A stretch of 63,160 nt of DNA, the filler included, from Octopus bimaculoides (Eukaryota), in assembly GCF_001194135.2 (NCBI RefSeq). It is 4 parts of 4 records of this genome, joined end to end, with 100 filler letters (N's around TTAATTAATTAA, not from the genome) between each part and the next. Parts side by side here need not be neighbours in the genome. Positions count along the whole stretch, not along the records: positions 47,245 to 56,501 come from NC_069005.1; positions 56,602 to 63,160 come from NC_068990.1; 2 more parts are not named here. One strand, written 5' to 3'. This document shows positions 47,285-58,719 of the stretch, piece after piece (position 1 is the first letter of the stretch; each line of letters begins with the position of its first letter). The translations under genes and the position numbers were made by a program. The notes under the pieces were generated by a model. It ran no database searches and was not told the DNA's origin. It worked only from the letters and a program-made list of their open reading frames with translations.

Positions 47285-48741
47285 GAGGAGAGAGAGATGC
47301 ACACACATACATACGTACACACGCACAAATGGATGAACCAGGCACAAGACCTGAAAATGTGAGTGTGGGTGATGCTTGATTACATTGACCCAAGTGTTCA
47401 ACTGGTACCCATTTGATCGACCCTGAAAGTATGAAAAGGAAAGTCCACCTTGGAGAATTTAAACTCAGAACGCAAAGCTGGAAAAAATGCTGCTCAACAT
47501 TTTGTTCGGCTCGTTCACGATTCTGCCCGTTCGCCATCTTAAAAACTGCTTATATAATGAGATACAAGCAAACATGTAGACATGAACAATAAGTTATCAT
47601 TTGTCCAACGTTGTTCATGGCATCGTGTATATTCAATATAGACTGTGGTTCATAATTAACACAAGCAGAGCCAAATGTACATAACATATTCGATTCTTTA
47701 TAAACTGCACATTACGTCCACAAAAAAATATGGCTGCTGCTAGAAAGATAGTCTAATGACGGAAATTTTTCACAACACACTTAAATTAAAGCTTGAGTAG
47801 ATTCCTTTTGCTTTGCGGAATAATTGGGTGCATTCAAAATTGTTTCTTTCTGTTTCTAAACTATTAGTGATTCTCGTTATTTTTTCTCTTATTTTTCTTT
47901 CTTTCTTTCTCGTTTCTCTTCCTTACCCACTCTCATTTTCCTTCTGATTAAAAAGGACAATTATTTGGTTGATATAATTAATTAATTGTCATCTATTACT
48001 CCATGCTGAAGACGTACAACGATGCTTGTTGTTTAGATAGACGGGACTGTTATATGAAAAAAACATTAAAAATTTGAATGTAAAAACAATCTCAAAACAA
48101 ATTTAAATGACATATTTATAATGATAGTTTGGGGAAAAAGACGAAGGGAAAAAGAGTGAAAATAACAGAAGAACCGCTGCCATCATTTTAATATGGCTTC
48201 CTCTTTTAAACGGAGCAATTATTAAAATTAATAGCATACACATATACATGCATATATAAACACGTACGTACACACACACACACACATACATACACATCGT
48301 TGGCTTTTTACTATCAAGGGGGAAAATATTTGATATGTGAAGTTGTGAGTGTATATACATTACATATTTACGTCTTGGTATTCCTTCTCTGGTCACTAAC
48401 GAACTTTAGGTAAAGTTTATGTTGCGTTGTCACGATAAATTGATTTTTAAACAGAAACATGGAACTTTAGTTAACAAGACCTCATGAAGTTTCGAATGAA
48501 AATTTTAATGAAGACATACACACACACATGCACACACACAAACACACAAACACACACACACACACACACATATATATATGTAAGTTTGTGTGGAAAGTAG
48601 TTGTTCTTTCCTAGAGATATTTATCAAAGCTCTATATCAATTAACAATACTGGAAACTCCATATGTGCCTATATACTAGTGTTTATTGTTTTTTCTTCAA
48701 AATTAATACCGTATACTTTTGAAATTCCAGCTGTCGCTATA

Positions 48742-49630
48742 CGTGGTCTGATTAATAAGTATCCGGACTGTTGCTATAATGACGACGCTAAAGGACGCAG
48801 AGTAAAGCTGCTTGGCACAGACTGACCTTGAACGCTGATGTGCATGCGCACTAAGTTATAACGTTCTATCTCACTTCTGTTGTTTACAGCATGGATTGGA
48901 AGGGCCGTGTGTAGCGTATGATCGTCGCATTGACCATGACAGAGAAAGTCGAGCAGAGAATCTGCATCAAATTTTGCCAAAACCTTGACGATATCTGCTC
49001 AGAGGCCAACGCAAAGTTTTCGAAAAGTTTTCACCGTTCTCAACATACCAAGGAGATCTTGTGCAACTGGAACCCGAGTGTCTTTTTGGTCAGCTGAAAG
49101 GAGTTTTAACAAAACTTGGCAGGCACGAGTCTCATGTCCAAATCTTCAGTGATAATGGACTGAATTAAACCGTAACTAAACTGAACATCCTCTGATAACT
49201 CACAGATGGTGATTCGACGATTTCTCCTCACAGCTGCACGCACATCTGCAATTTTTTTCTCAGTTTTGCTGGCTGCATGTCTCCCAGAATGTTCGACACT
49301 ATCGACATTTTTTCTGACATCTTGGAAACGTCTAAACCTCTCGAACACTTGTGTGTGGCTCATAAAAACCTCTCCATACACTTTTTGCAACTTTGCGGAG
49401 GCCTCTGAGCAGGTATCGCCATGACAACTTTCTCTGTCATGGTCAATGCAACTATCACACGCTACACATCTTCCTTCGAAGCACTGCTGTAAAAAGAGGA
49501 AATGAGCAAGAACATTAAAACATAATGTGCATGCACAACAGAGGTTAAAGTCAATCTATGCCAGGCGGCTTTACACTGCTTTAAATTCGCTACTATGGCA
49601 ACAGTCCGGATACTTATTGATCAGATCTCG
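48742..49630. mobile_element. Composite mariner derivative made of two convergent 5' halves
   Basis: 5' TIR at both ends, each flanked by TA; plus half MTEKVEQRICIKF (48936), minus half reading from 49440 through FRRFQDVRK..HSGR..RNRRITI. Confidence 0.8.
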
Positions 49631-49917
49631 TAGATGTTTCCAACACACACAACAGGCTCCTTTCAATTTCCATCTACCAAATTCACTCACAAGGCTTTGG
49701 TCAAACCCAAGCTATAGTAGAAGACACTTGCCCAAGGACACAGTGGGACTGAACCCGGAATCATGTGGTTGGGAAGCAGGCTTCTTGCCACACATCCATG
49801 CCTGCGCCGATAATATATTATATTTATAATTATGTATAACAAAAAATAAGTATAGAGAAAATTACATCCTTAAGATAGATCTCACTTTATAAAGCCAACA
49901 ATTGTTTGTATTGTATC

Positions 49918-49973
<56 letters not shown>

Positions 49974-50809
49974 CATATATTATATTCTATATCTATCTAT
50001 ATATATATATATATATTACAAGCATAGGGTAAAAATCATATATTAATTAATATTGATTTATTACCAGGAAGCTAGCACATTTAAAGAATCAAAGAGATTC
50101 AGAAACAATATCTGCGATCTCAGGGGATTAAAGTATATTTTTATATANNNNNNNNNNNNNNNNNNNNNNNNNNNNNNNNNNNNNNNNNNNNNNNNNNNNN
50201 NNNNNNNNNNNNNNNNNNNNNNNNNNNNNNNNNNNNNNNNNNNNNNNNNNNNNNNNNNNNNNNNNNNNNNNNNNNNNNNNNNNNNNNNNNNNNNNNNNNN
50301 NNNNNNNNNNNNNNNNNNNNNNNNNNNNNNNNNNNNNNNNNNNNNNNNNNNNNNNNNNNNNNNNNNNNNNNNNNNNNNNNNNNNNNNNNNNNNNNNNNNN
50401 NNNNNNNNNNNNNNNNNNNNNNNNNNNNNNNNNNNNNNNNNNNNNNNNNNNNNNNNNNNNNNNNNNNNNNNNNNNNNNNNNNNNNNNNNNNNNNNNNNNN
50501 NNNNNNNNNNNNNNNNNNNNNNNNNNNNNNNNNNNNNNNNNNNNNNNNNNNNNNNNNNNNNNNNNNNNNNNNNNNNNNNNNNNNNNNNNNNNNNNNNNNN
50601 NNNNNNNNNNNNNNNNNNNNNNNNNNNNNNNNNNNNNNNNNNNNNNNNNNNNNNNNNNNNNNNNNNNNNNNNNNNNNNNNNNNNNNNNNNNNNNNNNNNN
50701 NNNNNNNNNNNNNNNNNNNNNNNNNNNNNNNNNNNNNNNNNNNNNNNNNNNNNNNNNNNNNNNNNNNNNNNNNNNNNNNNNNNNNNNNNNNNNNNNNNNN
50801 NNNNNNNNN

Positions 50810-50856
<47 letters not shown>

Positions 50857-51675
50857 TTAAAATTAATATTATTAACATAAAATATATGTTAACACAACGT
50901 TATGAAGGCGATCCAAGATTAGTGCAATTTCAATTGATCATATGAAATATTACCAGTATAGAAAAGCCTACAAAGAGAACGCTGTATTCAATTAATGGTG
51001 ACGTGAGTGGATAATAAAGATTAAAAAATAATAAAGATAAAGAATAAACATATTTAAGAACGACTTTTTTTGTATTCAGCTATTGGTGACGTCACTGGAT
51101 AACTAAAGATTAAATGGTAAACAAGAATTGTACATTATGATAATTAGAAACAGATTTTACGTCACGATTAGTTATCAATTTACTGGATGTAGTAAACCAT
51201 TTAGAAAAATTAAGATCATCATATAATATATTAAAAGATAGATATTATCATTAAAGAGTGAAATATTTGAATGTCGTTCGAAATTTATGGCAACATTTAA
51301 TTGTAAAGCTTCCATTAAAATTCAAGAAAATGAATTTAGAAGTAATTACATAATACATTTCTTCAACGCAAAGATCACATGTATAATCACCAATATTATA
51401 CGATAGTACTTAACTAATAATGGAATAATTTAAATCATACGTAATGTTCCTATCTTAAAAATTCCAAATGCATTTACTAAGTTTTGTAGAATTATCCTTT
51501 CTTCTATACTTAAATGAATGAGAATGATTATAAAATCTAGATTTCAAAATTGTAGCATATGAACCAATGTAATAATATATATATATACATTCATATACAT
51601 GCATATATATATATACTATATATTCTCTCTCTCTCTATATATATATATATATACACACACATATATATATATCCG

Positions 51676-51752
51676 ATCAAAGAGTAACGAGTGACTAATG
51701 GTTTCGCATCCATAAAGCACTTAACTTTATGGACGACTCGTCAGACTCTGAT
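51676..51752 (-). ncRNA. Type I hammerhead ribozyme motif at the 3' end of a Penelope-like element
   Basis: Minus strand: GAGT-CTGACGA-G(TCGTCCATAAAG ttaagtg CTTTATGGATG)C-GAAA-C catta G-TC^ACTC; all core nucleotides present, stems I and II pair. Confidence 0.8.
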
Positions 51753-52310
51753 GGTGAAGGCCATATAGTTCTTCAAACTGTGGAGGTAGAATTCCGTTAC
51801 CGCCAGTAAGTAAACAAAGAATAAACAGTCCAGGTAGACTAGGATGGGTTATCTCTCTTATACCAGTTCAGTTGGCAGCCCATATGGGCAAAAATGGCGA
51901 ACAGGAGGCCCCGTCCTTAGGTTGCTTCTAACTCGTAAGAGCGTCTCCGGTCCTAAACGATGAATGGAGGCGGGTGATGTAAATCCCATGTTGGGAATTT
52001 AATGATCTTACTTCCAGGGAGTCTTTGAGAGGGTTTTTGCTCGCTCTACAATGCATAGCTTGCAGCGTCAGCTCTCGTTGATATATGCTCTCGGACGCTC
52101 TATTATCCTCCAGTTCATATTGTATGAGGTCTCATCATCTTTAAGGCGCCACACCTGGCTTGCCAGAGACGTGACTAACCGTCTTTGAGCAATCCTGAAG
52201 AAGGACCTGTGGTTGTACAAGCGCCACCTGAAGGCAGTTCTAGCTGATCCCATATATATCATTTCCCTTTCTCACCAGGCATTGCACTCTGCTTATTTCG
52301 ATTTATTGGT
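51753..52310 (-). mobile_element. Penelope-like element 3' fragment (GIY-YIG endonuclease and 3' UTR/pLTR)
   Basis: IYMGSARTAFRWRLYNHRSFF..SLASQVWRLKD..NWRIIE...RCKLC, the typical PLE GIY-YIG signature. Confidence 0.85.
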
Positions 52311-52508
52311 AACTAAAATAAATCAAGAATTTATATTTAATGATAAATGACATAACTTTAATCGTCTATATACGCACATCTATAAATATGTGTGTATGTG
52401 TATATTATGTATGTATGTGTATATTATGTATGTATGTGTACTGTATGAACACACACACATATATAAATGTATATCTATAGATTATATATACATACATACA
52501 TACATACA

Positions 52509-52543
<35 letters not shown>

Positions 52544-52611
52544 GTATATATGTGTATGTGTGTATTATATATATTATGCATATATCGAAGAGAGGAAGGA
52601 GAGGGAAGGTG

Positions 52612-52664
<53 letters not shown>

Positions 52665-53539
52665 NNNNNNNNNNNNNNNNNNNNNNNNNNNNNNNNNNNN
52701 NNNNNNNNNNNNNNNNNNNNNNNNNNNNNNNNNNNNNNNNNNNNNNNNNNNNNNNNNNNNNNNNNNNNNNNNNNNNNNNNNNNNNNNNNNNNNNNNNNNN
52801 NNNNNNNNNNNNNNNNNNNNNNNNNNNNNNNNNNNNNNNNNNNNNNNNNNNNNNNNNNNNNNNNNNNNNNNNNNNNNNNNNNNNNNNNNNNNNNNNNNNN
52901 NNNNNNNNNNNNNNNNNNNNNNNNNNNNNNNNNNNNNNNNNNNNNNNNNNNNNNNNNNNNNNNNNNNNNNNNNNNNNNNNNNNNNNNNNNNNNNNNNNNN
53001 NNNNNNNNNNNNNNNNNNNNNNNNNNNNNNNNNNNNNNNNNNNNNNNNNNNNNNNNNNNNNNNNNNNNNNNNNNNNNNNNNNNNNNNNNNNNNNNNNNNN
53101 NNNNNNNNNNNNNNNNNNNNNNNNNNNNNNNNNNNNNNNNNNNNNNNNNNNNNNNNNNNNNNNNNNNNNNNNNNNNNNNNNNNNNNNNNNNNNNNNNNNN
53201 NNNNNNNNNNNNNNNNNNNNNNNNNNNNNNNNNNNNNNNNNNNNNNNNNNNNNNNNNNNNNNNNNNNNNNNNNNNNNNNNNNNNNNNNNNNNNNNNNNNN
53301 NNNNNNNNNNNNNNNNNNNNNNNNNNNNNNNNNNNNNNNNNNNNNNNNNNNNNNNNNNNNNNNNNNNNNNNNNNNNNNNNNNNNNNNNNNNNNNNNNNNN
53401 NNNNNNNNNNNNNNNNNNNNNNNNNNNNNNNNNNNNNNNNNNNNNNNNNNNNNNNNNNNNNNNNNNNNNNNNNNNNNNNNNNNNNNNNNNNNNNNNNNNN
53501 NNNNNNNNNNTCAAATGACTGAAACACGTAAAAGAGAAA

Positions 53540-53579
<40 letters not shown>

Positions 53580-54183
53580 GCATGTATAAATGTATATGAT
53601 TTAACTACTCCGATTGAAAATATTTGTTTATGCGTTCGGGAATCTCTTTACCAATCTCTTCTACTCTATATTATATATATATTCTTATAATATTCTTTTA
53701 CTTGTTTCACTCATTTGACTGCGGCCATGCTGGAACACCACCTTTAGTTGAGCAAATCTACCGCTGGACTTATTCTTTGTAATCCCAGTACTTATTCTAT
53801 CGGAACCTTTTGCCGAACACCTAGGTTATGGGGTAGATAAGCACAACAACATCGGTTGTCAAGCGATGGTCGGGGTAGAAACACAGACATAAACGCATAC
53901 ATATATATATATGACTTCTTTCAGAAGGGTTTGGTCGGTCCGAGGTTACAGTAGAAGATACTTGCCCTGGAACTGAACCAGGAAGCATGTGGTTGCGAAG
54001 CAAGGTTCTTACCGCACAGTCACTCCTGCGCCTATATGTGTGTGTGTGTATGTATGTATGTGTGGGTATCTATCTATATATACATATATGAATAAATAGA
54101 TAGATAGATAGATAGATACATACATACATACATACATATATATCTACATACACACATACACACAAACATAAAGGTGTGTATGT

Positions 54184-54999
54184 ATATGACGGCCGTCCAC
54201 TCGTGACCGAGGAAGACCATTGCCGACCTTCAGGAACATTCTGTGCTCTAGTACTAACTTATATTTTGCATTTGCGGCTCCGTTGGTGGTTAATGAGCCC
54301 TGCTCTTGATAAGCATACACGACTGCAAACATTGCAGACCAAGCTTTCCCCATTCACTATACGAGCCGTGCACTTTCGCGCAGCTCGCTTAAATTCTTCA
54401 TGCTGGATACGTGCTCTCTCAAAAGTGTTGATCCCCTCCTTAACCTGCTTCCTCCATCTGTAGCGATGACATGCATTGTTCTCCCAGTCAGTGTCCTGCA
54501 TATCACAAACCTTTAGTGAGGACTTGACACAGTCCTTAAAGTGCAGCCTTGATTTCTGCCGGAGTCTCCTTCCATTCACAAGTTCTCCATAGAGCATCTG
54601 CTTAGGAATCCTGCTATCCTTCATTCTAATAACGTGTCCAGTCCAACGTAACCGGTGCTTGTGCACCATCGCCTCAATACTCAGGATATCAGCTGTCCTC
54701 AGGATCTGTGTGTCTGGAATCCTTGAGGTCCAGCCAACATTGAGAATGTGCCTGAGACATCTTTGATGAAAGCGTTCAAGAACCCTTACCTGACGTTTGT
54801 ACAGAGTCCACGTTTCACACGAGTAGAGGAGCGATGTTAGTACACAAGCACGGTACACAGCAACTTTTGTTTGCCTTGCTATGCCATGCTGGGACCAGAC
54901 ACGAGACTGAAGAGACCGGAAGGAATTAGCTGCTCTCTGCAACCCGAAAATTATTTCCTCATCCAGGGAGCAAGAATGGCTGAGTGTGCTGCCCAGGTG
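54184..54999 (-). mobile_element. RTE-BovB-like LINE 3' fragment, 5'-truncated, with an open reading frame
   Basis: LGSTLS..TKVAVYRACVLTSLLYSCETWT..RFHQRCLRHIL..LRWTGHVIRM.D.RIPKQMLYGEL..and a terminal CNVCSRVCLSRAGLINH zinc finger. Confidence 0.92.
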
Positions 55000-55140
55000 T
55001 GTATGTATATACATGATTACATACATACCTAGATGTATATAAAAACATACTCGGCTTTAATAAACAGCACATTACGTTGCTTTTCGTATTTGAGTGCTAT
55101 ATTATCCGACTTGCTTTGTATCTATCCACTAATGTGCGTG

Positions 55141-55173
<33 letters not shown>

Positions 55174-55399
55174 AAGTTTGTTCAGAGTTGCCTCTCTTAG
55201 GTATATCCCATTGACAAAAGTCAAAAAATTCGAAACACCGATGCATGGGGTTCCTGATACATGGCGACATTCAACAAACCGGGTGTTTTCACATTTTTTT
55301 TTACCATAAGAGAAGTATTTTCTTCTCGGTAACTGCAGCGAATTTTCCTTTTAGTAGTTGAAATATGTCACAAATCTATTTCCTAAATTTTGCTTATAT

Positions 55400-55883
55400 C
55401 TGAAAACATATCAGTTTGGTATTTAATCACGCACTAAGCAGCATCGCTTCCCTTCCATTGATTGAAGTATTCCTGTAATTCCTTCTTTGGGTGGGACGAT
55501 AGCGAGCAGCTGCCTCGACGCATTATGTTGGATTTTCTCGACGTCTTGAAATCTAGTCCCTTTGAAGAAGGATTTCATTTTTGCCTTGGTTTCCGGGTCG
55601 CAGCTTAGACTCACAATTCTTCACCTATTATGATCTTTTACAGAGTTTTCGTTTGTTGTAACACTATCAAAGACATTCTACGCAGCTAAATCCGATCTTC
55701 GTTTGGAGACACTCTACAGAACTTAATTCCAAGCACTGCTATAAACAACGAGAGAGCGAATTTTATAACTTAGTGAGCATGCGCGATAGTGTTCAAGGTC
55801 AATCTGAACCGAGCGGCTTCACTCTGCGGTACTTTAGCTCTATTACCATTGCAACAGTCTCAATACTTTTTGTTCAGACCTCG
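55400..55883 (-). mobile_element. Internally deleted mariner remnant related to the 48.7-49.6 kb family
   Basis: 5' TIR CGAGGTCTGAACAAAAAGTATTGAGACTGTTGC on the minus strand; KMKSFFKGTRFQDVEKIQ C-terminal remnant. Confidence 0.75.
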
Positions 55884-56601
55884 TATGTATGTATGTATGT
55901 ATGTATGTATGTATGTATGTATGCATGCATCCACATCTGGGTTGTACATTTATTTAATGTTCTTCCTGCAGGTAAGACGAAATTTTTCATGCTCGCTGCT
56001 AGATAACATTTTACCTGTAAATATATACAGTAAAGCTTTACTGTAGCGTCGTATGTTATCGACTGCTATTTGCAGTAAATATTGGTGCATTGTTGTACCA
56101 CTATCTTTATATGTACGAGACAGTAGGTTGGGCACCCATTTTTATCGGGTTTAAATCATCTTATTAACTCCCAATTCTAAGCTCTAAATTTCTTTTTTTC
56201 CTTTTCTTCCCTTCTTGCCCAACGTACTGTCTCGTAGCGTTGCTACCTCCAACGGTTTTTTAAAAATAAGTTACGTAGCAATCTTCTCTACCTACAGTTA
56301 TCACATTCAGTTAAAATGTCTTACGGCTAAGCTGGTTCCTATGTATTTCCCTGAAGAGAAGATTACATCCTTATCAACATCACCTATTCCTTTGGAAGAT
56401 ACAATTTGTAATCTTCGAAACATATGTTGGAAATAAAAGAATTCATTTAACATATGCGTGTTACTCCATTTACTAAATTTGCATATATATATATATATAT
56501 ANNNNNNNNNNNNNNNNNNNNNNNNNNNNNNNNNNNNNNNNNNNNTTAATTAATTAANNNNNNNNNNNNNNNNNNNNNNNNNNNNNNNNNNNNNNNNNNN
56601 N

Positions 56602-57640
56602 CAAGTTAGAGCGGATACTTTTCCACTTTTTGTGGGGAAGGAAAACTCCACTTGTGAGGCGCTCCATCTGTTGCCAGAAACCGTTAAATGGTGGGCTGGG
56701 GATGCCTTGACTGTTGATGCGCAAGCACGCGCTGAGGCTGAGACATCTCCGGTGCCACCTGGATGGTGAGCAGGTGTGGTCAACGCTTGCCGAGCAGGAT
56801 TTCCCAAAGTATGGGTCTCTGAGGGACTTAGGAGCATGGATCAGACGAAGACCCAAGACGGGGAATGGCAGGTGGAGTGCAAACAAGTGCTCTCCCTCTT
56901 CTCTCGAGTGAGCAATGCTAGCAGCAGGGTTACTACAGCGGATATTTATAGCGGCTTGGTAGAGCTTAAGTCTGATGATGTCCTGGGGGAGACTCTGGGC
57001 TTCGACAAGAAGCAGCTAACCAGCCTGTTCGGGAGGACCTTCGGGTTGGGACTCTTGGATAATTACCAGAAATCCTTGGCCTGGCTGTGCTACCGATCGG
57101 CCTTACCAGTTCGGGAAAGGTTGTCAAGACACGGTTGTGACACCTCCCCCACATGTCCGAGGTGCGGGCGGGCCAGTGAAACGGTGACGCACGCCTTCGT
57201 ACACTGTGGGAGCTGAGTGATTTGATAACCTATGCTGAACAACTGATGTCGGATACAGAAGGAGTACGACTCTACACTGAGTCCATGATTAAGATGGTAC
57301 CGCCTTCTTCCTTTTCCAAAGAGAGGAAGGCAGCATTTTTCTGCGTAAAAAACCATATTGAAAGAAACGGTATAGAGGACGCGTTCGGAAGGAATTGCGA
57401 CAGGACAGTTCATCTCCAGACGAGGGCTGGTGAACTACTTCACCGCCCATCTTGTTTCCACGATCCGTCTGGAGAGGAGGAGCTTGTCACAAAGAGTATT
57501 TGCCAAAAGGATGTCGTAAGAAAGTTGTGTATGCAAGGGGCCATGCCAACACGGTCGGACCGGGCATAGAAGGAAAAGAAATGGATAAACAAAAAATCAA
57601 CCGGCGGGTTAGAGGGACATCCCCAACCTAAAAGTAATTA
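56602..57640 (+). mobile_element. Tx1/L1-like LINE ORF2 3' fragment
   Basis: AWLCYRSALPVRERL..CPRCGRASETVTHAFVHC (CCHC zinc finger), followed by a stop and frameshift. Confidence 0.85.
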
Positions 57641-58166
57641 AATTTTTAAAACAATAACATCATCATATTATAATATATTATTCTCATGTAAAAATCATTC
57701 GTTAAATCATCGGTAAAAAAGCTCAACGATCTATATGTTCCTTTTTGTCTGTCCTAGTTCGTCCCCTCTATGTATCCTATTTATTAGGAAATAAAAGAAA
57801 TTGTTAAGTAGCAGTCGAGTAGCAGTTGTTTAGCGGTTGAGTAGAGATCATCTGAAGGTGCTAGATAGCAGTAGCTTGAGACATAAAAACTATGCTGGAT
57901 ACATGTGGCGTTCGTCTGGTATGTTGATTTTTGTTTATTTTTATGTCTTCACTATGCTTGTACTAAAGAGTAAAGAGTGCATCTTGTACACTAATTACGA
58001 AATCATATGATATGCTGCTGAGTCTCATTTTAAGAGGCTCACTTCGAGAGTTGCATTTCCTCGCGTTCGGTAAAATGTGTTTATTATGGTAGTTTTGACT
58101 TTAAGAGTCCTTCCTAGCGCGAGGCATTTATATATAGTAATCCCCTTAATATGAATATATATATTA

Positions 58167-58333
58167 TAGAAGAAAATGGGAATAATACCAATGGGAAACT
58201 CGTGGTTTTCGCTGGTACGTCTTTAATTAAATAGATAACAAAGAAGGAAGAAGCAGAGATGTTATCTATTTCATTAAAGACATACCAGCGAAAGCAACGA
58301 GCTTCCCATTGTTATTATATCCATTTTCTTCTA
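58167..58333. repeat. 73-bp inverted repeat pair with a 21-nt purine-rich loop
   Basis: Arms 58167-58239 and 58261-58333 match at 65 of 73 positions. Confidence 0.9.
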
Positions 58334-58719
58334 AACTCCGGTTTACCAACCGAACCACCTGCTACCGTGCAACCTTACAAAGGACTGTACCTACCCAGCT
58401 AATAGCCAGGAGCGACCCTGGATTTAATTATCCCTTAGAGGTATTAAACCCCTCTAACTGATACCTACACTATATATATATATATATATAATTTTATTTT
58501 ATTTATTTATTAAACATTTTGAATTTGTAAATAATATACTAAAGTTTTTTCATGCGGAACTACATTTCATCAAAAAATTCTCTCCAAAATTGAATGTTTG
58601 AAAGAAAAGGGGAGACAGTACATTTTGTATTCTAAATATAACTCAAAGAGGAGAAAAGGAAAGGAAGAGGAAGCAAAAAGACTTTCAGTGATGACCACAA
58701 CGCACCTGCTTTTTCTTTC

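Noticed and set aside
50053-53583. Long ORFs of 245-392 aa in the ORF track
   Set aside because: They run through N-gaps and (AT)n/(GA)n repeats; no real coding signal.
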